DNA from: an uncultured Agathobacter sp.
Lineage (GTDB): Bacteria; Bacillota; Clostridia; Lachnospirales; Lachnospiraceae
Assembly (NCBI GenBank): GCA_945910395.1
Contig: CAMDYX010000007.1
Location: 3,588 to 67,587 of the forward strand
Direction: 5' to 3'
DNA length: 64,000 nucleotides
Positions 1 to 8,937 of the stretch are shown here, piece by piece (positions within the stretch are counted from its first letter, which is position 1; each line of letters begins with the position of its first letter). The notes below the pieces were generated by a model. It saw nothing but the letters and a program-made list of their open reading frames with translations. It was not told where the DNA came from and made no database searches. The position numbers and the translations under genes are program-made.

Positions 1-1
1 T

Positions 2-589
2 GAGGATCTTCTTTCCTATGTAGCGATTGGAGCCCGTTCAGTAGAAGACCAGCAGCATCGACTGACTGTAAGCGGATTTGATGTGGCGAGCGGAATGAAG
101 AATCCTACCAGTGGCGATTTTTCCGTTATGCTGAATTCTGTTTACGCGGCTCAGCATCCACACCATTTTGTATACCGTGGTTATGAGGTGGAAACCAGCG
201 GAAATCCGTATGCCCACGTTGTCCTTCGCGGTGCTGTAAGTAAGCACGGAAATACGACAACGAACTATCATTATGAGGATCTGATCCGGCTTCACGAGAT
301 GTATGAAAAGATGGATCTTAAAAATCCGGCGGCTGTTATTGATACAAATCATTCAAATTCCGGAAAACAATTCAAGGAGCAGATTCGAATTGCAAAGGAA
401 GTTATGCATAACAGAGAGCTTTCTCAGGAAATCCATACGTTGGTAAAGGGACTTATGATTGAAAGCTATATTGAAGAAGGTGCGCAGAAAATTGGCGAGC
501 ATGTGTATGGAAAATCCATTACAGATCCGTGTCTTGGCTGGGAGGATTCCAAGAGACTAATCTATGACATCGCCGATATGTGTAAATAA
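2..589 (+). CDS. aroF: DAHP synthase (class I alpha, AroF/G/H type), 5' end outside window
   Basis: Frame is open from position 2 (EDLLSYVAIGARSVEDQQHR). Motifs GMKNPTSG, HVVLRG, IDTNHSNS and GKSITDPCLGW are typical. Confidence 0.9.
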   Translation, partial: EDLLSYVAIGARSVEDQQHRLTVSGFDVASGMKNPTSGDFSVMLNSVYAAQHPHHFVYRGYEVETSGNPYAHVVLRGAVSKHGNTTTNYHYEDLIRLHEMYEKMDLKNPAAVIDTNHSNSGKQFKEQIRIAKEVMHNRELSQEIHTLVKGLMIESYIEEGAQKIGEHVYGKSITDPCLGWEDSKRLIYDIADMCK

Positions 590-614
590 GATATGCGTAA
601 GAAATTTTTAGTCA

Positions 615-643
615 TTGACGTGGAAATTCGTTTGTGCTAAATT
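615..643 (+). promoter_or_regulatory. sigmaA promoter of tRNA-Arg
   Basis: TTGACG-N17-TAAATT with extended TG, ending 9 nt before the tRNA. Confidence 0.65.
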
Positions 644-652
644 AAAGAAGAT

Positions 653-724
653 GCAGTCGTAGTATAATGGATAGAACGCTAGACTCCGACTCTGGAAATG
701 CGGGTTCGATTCCCGCCGATTGCA
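653..724 (+). tRNA. tRNA-Arg(CCG), CCA not encoded
   Basis: Acceptor stem GCAGTCG/CGATTGC, D-loop AATGGATA, anticodon arm CTAGA-CTCCGAC-TCTGG, T-arm GCGGG-TTCGATT-CCCGC. Confidence 0.93.
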
Positions 725-739
725 TTTTATAATTTTTTG

Positions 740-771
740 ATAAATCGGCCGCCAGCCGGTTTATTTTTTTT
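740..771 (+). terminator. Intrinsic terminator after tRNA-Arg
   Basis: ataaatcggc-cgcca-gccggtttat hairpin followed by a T tract. Confidence 0.7.
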
Positions 772-920
772 GACTTAAAATGCATGCAGGTTTTCAATAG
801 TTTTGTAGAGGATTTCTATTTGTTTTTTTGGTATTTTGTAATTGACAAACGTATTGCATAAATATGTATTTATTGATAGTATTTAAAAAAGAATATAAGT
901 AGAAAGAGAGGTATATTTCT

Positions 921-1118
921 ATGAGCGATAGAGAGAGAGCAATGCAGTTATTAGATGCTGTACCAGACTATAAAATTGGCTATGTTGTTGCATATTTGCA
1001 GGGAGTGACAGCTGGAGAAGGTGAACCGAACGCAGAGACAATCGCAGCATTTGCGGAGGGTGATAAAATGCTTGCAAATGGAACTGCAAAAGCAGCTCCA
1101 TACAATATATATCAATAA
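921..1118 (+). CDS. Small RelB/DinJ-like antitoxin with no toxin partner, possibly truncated
   Basis: GAGG RBS; the motif EPNAETIAAFAE resembles the DinJ/RelB C-terminus. Confidence 0.5.
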   Translation: MSDRERAMQLLDAVPDYKIGYVVAYLQGVTAGEGEPNAETIAAFAEGDKMLANGTAKAAPYNIYQ

Positions 1119-1342
1119 CCACGGCGGTCGTCCCAATCACGTCCGTTCATGCGATCGTCCATACGGTCGTCCCAATCACGTCTGTTCATGGGATCGCCCA
1201 TACGGTCATCCCAATCACGTCTGTCCCTACGGTCGTCTCTGCGATCATCTCTACGATCATCCCGTCTATCGTCTCTACGGTCACGGCATGGCGGGCAAGG
1301 CGGACACCACCAGCTTCGGCGATTTTCAAAATTATCAGGCAT
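1112..1342 (-). CDS. Small Arg/Asp tandem-repeat protein with WWCPPCPPC motif, possibly spore-associated
   Basis: AAGGAG RBS 6 nt before ATG. In-frame 12-nt (RRDD) and 33-nt (RDWDDRM) repeats vary at synonymous positions. Confidence 0.6.
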   Translation of the reverse strand: MPDNFENRRSWWCPPCPPCRDRRDDRRDDRRDDRRDDRRDRRDWDDRMGDPMNRRDWDDRMDDRMNGRDWDDRRGY

Positions 1343-1361
1343 AGCAATCTCCTTTTTTATT

Positions 1362-1388
1362 TATGATATGCATAAAACGCTTATGAGT
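1362..1388 (-). promoter_or_regulatory. Possible sigmaK-type promoter
   Basis: On the minus strand AC-N16-CATATCATA lies just upstream of the RBS of the repeat peptide. Confidence 0.35.
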
Positions 1389-1531
1389 TTCATTAAGATG
1401 CTGAGAAATTCAGCTTTACTATCCAATTATTTTGACATTTTTTACATAAAATTCACAAATTATTATTGTAGATTTTCAAAAATATGGTAAAATTGTACCA
1501 TACGAATGGTTTCCTAAAGGAGGTACATATA

Positions 1532-3205
1532 ATGTCAAAAAAAAGAGGGAGCATTGCAAGAAAAATTTGTTCACTGGTACTTGCAATGGTCGTTTTTTCG
1601 AATGTAATCTGTTTGTTACTGGTTGTAATGAATTCCCGTAATGCAATTGCAACTATTGTTCAAGACAGTATGTATGATATGGTAAAAAGCTATTCCACCA
1701 TGACGGAGAATGCTTTGGCGGTGTATCAGACCGATGAGCTTTCTTATGATCAGTTTTCCATGATCTTATCAGATGTAAAGATTGAAGGAATGGACAGCTC
1801 CTATGTGTATGTTGTTGATGAGAACGGAACCATGCTATACCATCCGACGCAGGATAAGGTTGGCAATCCGGTAGAGAATGTGGTTGTAAAAGGCCTGGTG
1901 GCAGATATTCAGGCCGGAAAGCATCCGGAAATGGCTACTACAACCTATGAATTTAAAGGAGTCATGAAATATGCAGGATATGATGTCCTGTCCAACAATA
2001 ATATCTTAGTTATTACAGCGGATGAGGATGATGCCTTTGCAACCATTAACCGGACAACAAGCATGGCAATTGCTATCTTAATTGTTATTTTGCTGATTTC
2101 CGTTATCGTAGCATATATCTTTGGAAAAAAACTGGCAAAGCCACTTGTTGATTTAAGTAAGATTGTTGAAGAGGTTGCTGACGGAAATATGAATGTGGAC
2201 TACTCCAAGATTAGGCTTACAAATGACGAAGTAGGACTCATTGCAAGAAGAATTGAGACGATGACGGAGACCTTAAGTGGAATTGTTGATAAAATCCGTC
2301 AGGTGGGCATCTCCATGTCAAATAACAGCTCAGAGCTTAATGTGACAAGTGAGCAGACCTTAGCAGCCAACGATGAGATTTCAAAGGCGGTAGAAGACGT
2401 CGCAGAAGGTTCTACCCAGATGGCAACGTCGATTTCCGACATTAATGAGAACCTTGGAGATATGTCTTCCGAGACAAATACAATTGATATGTCCGTAGCA
2501 GATATCAAGCAGCAGACCATGACGGTACAGGACAGCAGCGTTTCTATGAATGAGAAGATGCGCAATATGAAGGAAAGCAACTTGAAGATGGAGCAAGGAA
2601 TTGCTACGATTTCACAGCGTATCCAGAATGTAAATTCTGTTGTGGAGAAGGTTAGCGACATTGTATCTGTTATTGAATCCATTTCCGGACAGACAAATCT
2701 GTTATCCTTAAACGCATCCATTGAGGCTGCCAGAGCAGGAGAAGCCGGTAGAGGATTTGCGGTTGTTGCAGAGGAAATCAGAGTCTTATCCGATAATACA
2801 AGTGGTGAGCTGAACAATATTAAGACAATTATTGCCGAGCTTGTACAGGAAGGGCAGGAGTGTGTAAGAGCTTCCGAAACTGTTGTGAAGGATAGCCTTG
2901 AACAACAGAAAGAGCTGGATAGTGTCTTAGATGAATTCCAGAAATTGGATGAGCAGATTGTGCTTACCGCAGAAAAGGCGGAGGAAATCAAGAATCTGAT
3001 CAATGAAATGGTAAGACTGAACAGTAGTATTACAACAAGCAGCGACGGTCTTACGGATGTGAGTGCAGCGAATGCGGCTGCAACCCAGCAGATGAATGCA
3101 AACATAGAAGAATTGAATGCAATGATGCATGGTGTTGCCGAAATGGCATCGCAAATGCAGGATCAGTCCAAAGAGCTTACCAATGTATTGCAGTTCTTTA
3201 AATAG
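1532..3205 (+). CDS. Methyl-accepting chemotaxis protein (Cache sensor, HAMP)
   Basis: Two TM segments, Cache motif [15 protein letters not shown] and [27 protein letters not shown]; AAGGAGG RBS before ATG 1532. Confidence 0.93.
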   Translation: MSKKRGSIARKICSLVLAMVVFSNVICLLLVVMNSRNAIATIVQDSMYDMVKSYSTMTENALAVYQTDELSYDQFSMILSDVKIEGMDSSYVYVVDENGTMLYHPTQDKVGNPVENVVVKGLVADIQAGKHPEMATTTYEFKGVMKYAGYDVLSNNNILVITADEDDAFATINRTTSMAIAILIVILLISVIVAYIFGKKLAKPLVDLSKIVEEVADGNMNVDYSKIRLTNDEVGLIARRIETMTETLSGIVDKIRQVGISMSNNSSELNVTSEQTLAANDEISKAVEDVAEGSTQMATSISDINENLGDMSSETNTIDMSVADIKQQTMTVQDSSVSMNEKMRNMKESNLKMEQGIATISQRIQNVNSVVEKVSDIVSVIESISGQTNLLSLNASIEAARAGEAGRGFAVVAEEIRVLSDNTSGELNNIKTIIAELVQEGQECVRASETVVKDSLEQQKELDSVLDEFQKLDEQIVLTAEKAEEIKNLINEMVRLNSSITTSSDGLTDVSAANAAATQQMNANIEELNAMMHGVAEMASQMQDQSKELTNVLQFFK

Positions 3206-3235
3206 TGGTTTTACTTTTAAAGTAAATATAGAAAG

Positions 3236-3305
3236 TAGCGTGTTGTGAGGTTTCGGAACACGCTATTTTTGCGTTAAGGAGACTACCGTTGTAGTCTCCT
3301 TTCTC
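3236..3305 (+). terminator. Two stacked terminator hairpins after the MCP gene
   Basis: tagcgtgtt/aacacgcta followed by T5 (3236-3270), and aaggagactac-cgtt-gtagtctcctt (3276-3301). Confidence 0.75.
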
Positions 3306-3311
3306 TTTGTC

Positions 3312-3352
3312 AAAATAAAAAACGACGATGGAGCAAAAAACCAACGTCGTTT
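3312..3352 (-). terminator. Minus-strand terminator directly outside the left inverted repeat
   Basis: On the minus strand aaacgacgttgg...ccatcgtcgttt is followed by tttatttt. Confidence 0.65.
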
Positions 3353-3375
3353 ATTTCTTAGATTTTTTTAATCTG
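3353..3375. repeat. Left inverted repeat (IRL), putative recombination site
   Basis: atttcttagatttttttaatctg is the exact reverse complement of 4747-4769; internal dyad cttagatt-N5-aatctgag. Confidence 0.88.
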
Positions 3376-3448
3376 AGAAGGAAAATTCAGTGCTACTTTT
3401 TCCTGTTTATTGGTATTTATGCACGAATTCACCTAATAAACATTGTAA

Positions 3449-3477
3449 ATTATACGCAAATTGAGGGAGTGAGTCAA
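3449..3477 (-). promoter_or_regulatory. sigmaA promoter inside the invertible segment, currently facing away from the operon
   Basis: Minus strand TTGACT (3477-3472)-N17-TATAAT (3454-3449); no gene lies downstream in this orientation. Confidence 0.8.
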
Positions 3478-3590
3478 TGTATTTGGGAAAAATTATGACG
3501 GATTTCGTCATATTTTGTCACATATGTAATTTTTGTGACAAGAAGAATAGTCATTAGTGGTCAATTTTATGGTCGAAGGAGGGAAAATAT

Positions 3591-4712
3591 ATGGCCAGAA
3601 AAGGAGAGAACATTCACAAAAGAAAGGATGGAAGATGGGAAGGACGCTATCTTAAGGAGGAACCCAGATCAGGGGAAAAAAGGTACAAGTCAGTATACGC
3701 AAGATCCTATTCGGAAGTAAAAAGAAAATTATTACTGGCAAAATCAGAAGAAGTCAAAGATTCCAAAGTGGTCAGCCATTCACTGTATTACGAGATGTGG
3801 AGCTTTGAGGAGCTTGCAACTACATGGCTTGATAGCGTGAAAAATGTAAAGAAATACAGTACCTATATCAAATATACCAATATTTATGAAACGCATTTAC
3901 GCAAAGTACTTGGCAGGAAAAAAATTTCTGAAATTCGTGCGGATTCTTTAAAAGAAATCTACGGGTCCTGTAAGTCGGATAGCATGAGAAAGAGCATTTA
4001 TTGCGTATATAACCAAATATCATCTTTTGCTTTTGAAAACTATCAGATTGAAATGGAAAAAGTTCCTCGGCCGAAGCTGCAAAAAAAGCAAAGTGTAGTT
4101 GAAGTGTTATCGCGGGCGGATCAGATTGTGCTCATAAAAAAACTGTATCACGAAATGGATTCTTACAAATTAGCGATTTTGATCTGTCTGTCAACGGGGC
4201 TTCGAATTGGAGAGGTTTGTGGGCTTAAATGGAGCGATATCGATTTTCAGGGAAAATTACTTTATGTAAATCGTACCGTTCAAAGATTGTCTGTAAAAGG
4301 ACAAAATACGAAAACCATGTTATTTGTGGGAATACCAAAAAGCGTCCATTCTAAGCGAGAAATTCCAATCCCGGATAACCTGATTCATTTACTTCTTCTT
4401 TTGAAAAATGACGGGGAGTATGTCATTACTCCTGACAAGCCAACAGAACCAAAGACCTTACAGAATCATTTCAAAAAATGTCTAAAGGAAGCAAAACTAA
4501 CAGAGAGAAATTTTCATGTTTTACGTCATACCTTTGCCACAAATTGCATCAATGCCGGAGTGGACGTAAAGAGCTTGAGCGAAATTCTTGGACATGCAAG
4601 TGTAACTATCACGTTGAATCGGTATGTGCATTCGACCATAGAGACAAAACGGAATCACATGAATCATCTGTATGCTATTTATGGTCATTATGTTGGTCAG
4701 AAATGTTCCTAA
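3591..4712 (+). CDS. Tyrosine recombinase with N-terminal arm-binding-type domain
   Basis: Catalytic set present: TGLRIGE (R), PKS (K), FHVLRHT (HxxR), LGH, LNRY (Y). N-terminus KRKDGRWEGRY; AAGGAGG RBS. Confidence 0.93.
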   Translation: MARKGENIHKRKDGRWEGRYLKEEPRSGEKRYKSVYARSYSEVKRKLLLAKSEEVKDSKVVSHSLYYEMWSFEELATTWLDSVKNVKKYSTYIKYTNIYETHLRKVLGRKKISEIRADSLKEIYGSCKSDSMRKSIYCVYNQISSFAFENYQIEMEKVPRPKLQKKQSVVEVLSRADQIVLIKKLYHEMDSYKLAILICLSTGLRIGEVCGLKWSDIDFQGKLLYVNRTVQRLSVKGQNTKTMLFVGIPKSVHSKREIPIPDNLIHLLLLLKNDGEYVITPDKPTEPKTLQNHFKKCLKEAKLTERNFHVLRHTFATNCINAGVDVKSLSEILGHASVTITLNRYVHSTIETKRNHMNHLYAIYGHYVGQKCS

Positions 4713-4746
4713 ATACTGCAAATAGAGGAAAAACGTCCACATTTCA

Positions 4747-4769
4747 CAGATTAAAAAAATCTAAGAAAT
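4747..4769. repeat. Right inverted repeat (IRR)
   Basis: cagattaaaaaaatctaagaaat, 34 nt after the recombinase stop and 55 nt before the sortase ATG. Confidence 0.88.
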
Positions 4770-4824
4770 GGGCACTATGATATTAGTTTGCGCCAAATAC
4801 GCAAAAAATATGTGAAATGTAAGG

Positions 4825-5697
4825 ATGAAAATGGCTAAGTCAGATAAAAAAACAGAAAAGAAATGGATCTGGTTCGTTTTATTTTTGGCATGTATGGCAC
4901 TTGTCATTGCAGGAAGCATCGTACTTCTTTCTGAGATGAGGGATGAGCAAGCGGCGGATCTGGCTTTTGAAGAACTTCAAAATCAGGTTAATACAGAGGT
5001 ATTCCAGCAGGAAGAAACGCAGGAAGATACAACAGAAGCAGCAGATGTAGCAGATACAGCAGAGGACATGCTTCTGGCAAACGGAATCGAAATACCGAAG
5101 AAGCAGCTGGACTGGGAGGAGCTTCGTGAGGAATGTGAAGATATTTATGCCTGGATTTATGTGCCGGACACCGAGGTGGATTATCCCATTTTGCAGCATC
5201 CCACCGATGACAGTTATTACCTTAATTATAACATGGATGGAACAAAAGGGTTTCCCGGTTGCATTTATACAGAAAAGATAACAAGTAAGGATTTTTCCGA
5301 TGTTCATACCGTGATTTATGGTCATAACTTAAAAAGCGGTCTGATGTTTACCTCTTTACATAATTTTGAGGATAAGGAGCTTTTTTCCAAAGATCATTAC
5401 ATTTTCATCTATACCGAGGATTACGTCTATGTCTATGAAATCTTTGCGGCATATGAGTACAGCAATCTCCATTTGCTTATCAACTTTGATTTTGACAATG
5501 AGTATGTGTATCAGGATTTCTTAGATTCCATCTATGAGGCAAAGGGAAGAGTTGCGAATGTAAAAACAGATATCGAAGTCACAACAGAAGACCAGATCGT
5601 GACACTTTCTACCTGCACGAAGGATAGTAATGAAAAGTACCGGTATCTTGTCACCGGAGTACTGCTCAATCCGCGCCAGGAAGAACGTAAGCAATGA
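4825..5697 (+). CDS. srtB: Class B sortase
   Basis: N-terminal TM; WIYVPDTEVDYPI, IYGHN, TLSTCT and the downstream catalytic Arg. Confidence 0.9.
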   Translation: MKMAKSDKKTEKKWIWFVLFLACMALVIAGSIVLLSEMRDEQAADLAFEELQNQVNTEVFQQEETQEDTTEAADVADTAEDMLLANGIEIPKKQLDWEELREECEDIYAWIYVPDTEVDYPILQHPTDDSYYLNYNMDGTKGFPGCIYTEKITSKDFSDVHTVIYGHNLKSGLMFTSLHNFEDKELFSKDHYIFIYTEDYVYVYEIFAAYEYSNLHLLINFDFDNEYVYQDFLDSIYEAKGRVANVKTDIEVTTEDQIVTLSTCTKDSNEKYRYLVTGVLLNPRQEERKQ

Positions 5698-5716
5698 TGA
5701 TAGGAGATTTACAAAT

Positions 5717-6808
5717 TTGTTAGAAAAGGAAACAACCGTTGAAAAGAAAAAATTTGGAATTGGTGCCCTGACGGTAGTTACAATCCTCTCTATTGTTCTG
5801 GTAATACTTGGAATTGTTCTTGTCCTTCGATTGGTTGGAAAAAACGAATTGTATAAGGCTGTAGAAGTGGAGGGCGCGGAAGAAATCGCGTTAGACATCG
5901 GAACAGAGAGTGAGGAGCTAAAGGAAAACCAGATTCTGTACAATGGAAAAACCTATGCCCTCAATGAAGATCTGATCACAATCCTGATCATGGGTATTGA
6001 TAAGGAAACAGACCATGTCGTAGGAGGACAGAGCTGGACCAAGGAAGAGGAAAGCGAATACGGCGGAGGACAGGCCGATGCGCTGTTTCTTATGGTTATC
6101 AATCCCCATGACAAGAACGTATATATCATCGCAGTCAACCGGAATGCAATGGTGGATGTGGATGTGTTTGATGAAAACGGTAAATATAAGGGACTTTATA
6201 CAAAACAGGTGGCCCTTCAGCACGGATATGGAAACGATGAAGAGGAATGCTGCAAAAGACAGGTTAAAGCGGTATCCCGCATGTTTCACGGAATCCCCAT
6301 TAACGCCTATGCATCCATCAGCATGGATGCCATCCCGGATTTAAATGATACCGTCGGAGGGATTACCGTAGAGGTGTTAGACGACATCATTTATCCGGAA
6401 TATGATATGGACCTTCATCAGGGGGATACTGTGACTCTTATGGGAGAAAAGGCATACTGGTATGTCCGGCTTCGAAATGAGAATGTGTTCAATTCCAACC
6501 AGCTTCGTCTGGCAAGACAAAAGCAATATCTGTCAGCCTTTGCGCTTAAGGCAAGAGACCAGTCCATGTCGGATATCCGTGTGGCAGTGGAGCTGTATCA
6601 GACGGTTAAGAAATATATGTGTACAGATATTGATCTGACCACATTTACCTATATGGCCACCGAGTATCTTGGCTACAACTTCAATATGGACAACATCTAT
6701 ACCCTGGAGGGCGAGGCAGTCCAGGGAAATAATTTTGAAGAATTTTATCTGGATGAGGAGGCACTTACGGATCTGATCGTGGAATTGTTTTACGAGCCGG
6801 TGGAGTAA
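5717..6808 (+). CDS. LCP (LytR-CpsA-Psr) family glycopolymer transferase
   Basis: TM followed by ILIMGID, GQADAL, VGGITV and YVRLR...RLARQKQY. Probable TTG start after AGGAG; the ORF is open from 5630. Confidence 0.85.
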   Translation: MLEKETTVEKKKFGIGALTVVTILSIVLVILGIVLVLRLVGKNELYKAVEVEGAEEIALDIGTESEELKENQILYNGKTYALNEDLITILIMGIDKETDHVVGGQSWTKEEESEYGGGQADALFLMVINPHDKNVYIIAVNRNAMVDVDVFDENGKYKGLYTKQVALQHGYGNDEEECCKRQVKAVSRMFHGIPINAYASISMDAIPDLNDTVGGITVEVLDDIIYPEYDMDLHQGDTVTLMGEKAYWYVRLRNENVFNSNQLRLARQKQYLSAFALKARDQSMSDIRVAVELYQTVKKYMCTDIDLTTFTYMATEYLGYNFNMDNIYTLEGEAVQGNNFEEFYLDEEALTDLIVELFYEPVE

Positions 6809-6902
6809 GTGAAATCCCAAAAATTGATTAGGTATCTTCCGGAAAACCACATTTCCGGTTTGATATAGCCACATGAATATTAGGAAAGGAGGAGTATCAA
6901 AA

Positions 6903-7583
6903 ATGAAGAAAAAAGTTTTAGCAGTTTTAACAGCAATCACTGTTATGGCTATGGGATCAGTATCTGTTATGGCAGCAAGCCCAACAGTAGAAACCACTGA
7001 AGCTCCTGTAGCTACACAGAAAACAACAACAACCGTAGAAGCTGTAGCAGCTCCGGCAGAGTATGCAGCAACTACAACGGTATCAGCAGGATTTACGGTA
7101 GAAGCTGTATCAACAACAACTGTTCAGGCAGCAGCTGTTGCAGTACAGAATGAATTATTAAATGACGTTGCTTCTATCGGAGCAAAGCTTGGAAACAGCG
7201 AGCTTGCTTCTGCAGCAACTGATTCTGCAAAGAAGGTAACAGCATCTGTTCTTTCCGTAGTAGAAGTAGATCCAACAACTGCTGTAAAGGATACAACAGG
7301 AAACTATGTAGTTACACTTAGTGTTCCAACCATCGCAGCAGGAGATGCCATCGCAGTTCTTCACTACAACGGAAGCGCATGGGAGACCATCGTACCTACA
7401 TCCGTTGCAGCAGGATCTGTAACATTCGCAACCACAAGCCTTTCACCAATTTCTATTGTAAAGCTTGAGGTCGCAAGCGTAGCAACTTCACCAAAGACCG
7501 GCTCTACCATGCCAATGGCAGCTGCAGTAGTAGTTCTTGGTCTTGCAGGAGCTGCTGTATGCGGAAAAAGATTTTTCGCATAA
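6903..7583 (+). CDS. Thr/Ala/Val-rich cell-wall-anchored protein with SPKTG sorting signal (SrtB substrate)
   Basis: Signal peptide; C-terminal SPKTG, hydrophobic helix and KRFFA tail; AAGGAGG RBS; strongly biased codons. Confidence 0.85.
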   Translation: MKKKVLAVLTAITVMAMGSVSVMAASPTVETTEAPVATQKTTTTVEAVAAPAEYAATTTVSAGFTVEAVSTTTVQAAAVAVQNELLNDVASIGAKLGNSELASAATDSAKKVTASVLSVVEVDPTTAVKDTTGNYVVTLSVPTIAAGDAIAVLHYNGSAWETIVPTSVAAGSVTFATTSLSPISIVKLEVASVATSPKTGSTMPMAAAVVVLGLAGAAVCGKRFFA

Positions 7584-7782
7584 TCAGTTTTTAGAAAAGC
7601 TATAAAAATAAGATCTTATTTATTTTCCGAATATCATGTGGTGGATAAAGGAATACAGGAGCCGGGTGGAGCCAAAAGCTCTGCCCCGGTGACTGTTATT
7701 ACAAACGGGGTTTGTGTAGGAGCGGTTGCACGGCAATTGCCCATACAGAGATTCTGTTGGAAGGGATGCAAAAGTTTTACAT

Positions 7783-8937
7783 ATGAAAAAGGTGTTGTTT
7801 GTAACAACCATAAGCGGTTTTTTACCACAATTTGAAAAGAATGATGTAAAGATTTTGCAGGAGCAGGGGTGCGAGATTCACTATGCATCGAATTTCAAAA
7901 ACCCGGTCTATACCTTTGATGAAAATGCGCTGAGAGAACAGCAGATCATTCTGCATCAGATCGACATCGCAAAGAATCCAATGAAAATTGGAGCAAATTA
8001 CAAAGCAATTCGTCAGATCCGAAAAGTCATAGACGAAGAGCAGATCGATATGGTCCACTGCCACAATCCCATGGGAGGCGTGGACGCAAGAATCGCCGCA
8101 CAGATAAGCAAACGGAAACCATATGTCATCTATACCGCACATGGATTTCATTTTTACAAAGGAGCCTCCCTGTTCAACTGGCTGTTTTTTTATACCGTAG
8201 AACGTTTTCTGGCACATTTTACGGATACGATAATCACAATCAATCAGGAGGATTACAACCGGGCACAAAAATTCCATTTAAAAAAGAATGGAAAAGTGTT
8301 CCAGATACATAGCGTCGGGGTAGATAAGAACAAATTCCGACCGCAAAAGGAAATCAGGGAAGCAAAACGAAAAGCCCTTGGAATTCCGGAGGGCGCATTC
8401 CACATTGTAACAGCAGCGGAACTGAACGAAAACAAAAATCAAAGGGTAATCATTGAAGCAATCAGCCGGTTACCAATCAAAAATATCTATTACAGCATCT
8501 GTGGAAAAGGCCCGGGGGAGGAAGCTTTGAAGAAATTAATCCGGGAGAAGAACCTGACAGAACGCGTACAGATGCTTGGATTTCGAACCGATATGGAGGA
8601 AATTCTGCAGACCGCAGACTGCTTCGCATTCCCGTCTTACCGGGAGGGACTTGGAGTAGCCGCGGTGGAAGCACTTCTGTGTGAAGTGCCTCTGATTGCA
8701 GCTGACAACAGAGGAACGCGAGAATACGCCATCGAACATGTAAACGCATTGATCTGTCAGGCATCGAATGCAGGCGAATTTGCAAACGCAATATTGACTT
8801 TGTACAACAAGGAAAGCTTTCGCGAAAGCCTTAGAGCACAATGCCGCAGATCGGCAATGAAATTTACCATAGAAGAAGTAGAAAAAACCATGCGAATTGT
8901 GTACAGGGATGCTTCTTTCGCCACGGAGAGAATATGA
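7783..8937 (+). CDS. GT4 glycosyltransferase (EpsD-like)
   Basis: HCHNPMGG, IYTAHGFHF, FPSYREGLGVAAVEA. Confidence 0.9.
   Translation: MKKVLFVTTISGFLPQFEKNDVKILQEQGCEIHYASNFKNPVYTFDENALREQQIILHQIDIAKNPMKIGANYKAIRQIRKVIDEEQIDMVHCHNPMGGVDARIAAQISKRKPYVIYTAHGFHFYKGASLFNWLFFYTVERFLAHFTDTIITINQEDYNRAQKFHLKKNGKVFQIHSVGVDKNKFRPQKEIREAKRKALGIPEGAFHIVTAAELNENKNQRVIIEAISRLPIKNIYYSICGKGPGEEALKKLIREKNLTERVQMLGFRTDMEEILQTADCFAFPSYREGLGVAAVEALLCEVPLIAADNRGTREYAIEHVNALICQASNAGEFANAILTLYNKESFRESLRAQCRRSAMKFTIEEVEKTMRIVYRDASFATERI

Larger units (their letters stand above)
3353..4769. mobile_element. Putative invertible DNA segment (1417 bp) carrying its own tyrosine recombinase and an outward-facing promoter
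   Basis: A perfect 23-bp IR pair encloses the recombinase gene and a sigmaA promoter. Confidence 0.75.

Noticed and set aside
1112-1290. Tandem repeats as a CRISPR array
   Set aside because: The units are 12 or 33 nt, degenerate, lack unique spacers and are in-frame coding repeats; no cas genes are present.
1021-1490. Plus-strand ORFs 1021-1344 and 1149-1490
   Set aside because: They are shadow frames of the repeat; only the minus-strand ORF has a clear RBS.
2299-3105. Long antisense ORFs (also 12193-13086, 23222-23803, 34851-35447, 57263-57871)
   Set aside because: They lie opposite well-supported genes and show no recognisable motifs.
653-4712. Prophage or ICE integrated at tRNA-Arg, using the recombinase as integrase
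   Set aside because: An MCP gene separates them. I saw no duplicated tRNA 3' end and no phage or conjugation genes, and the recombinase is flanked by inverted rather than direct repeats.
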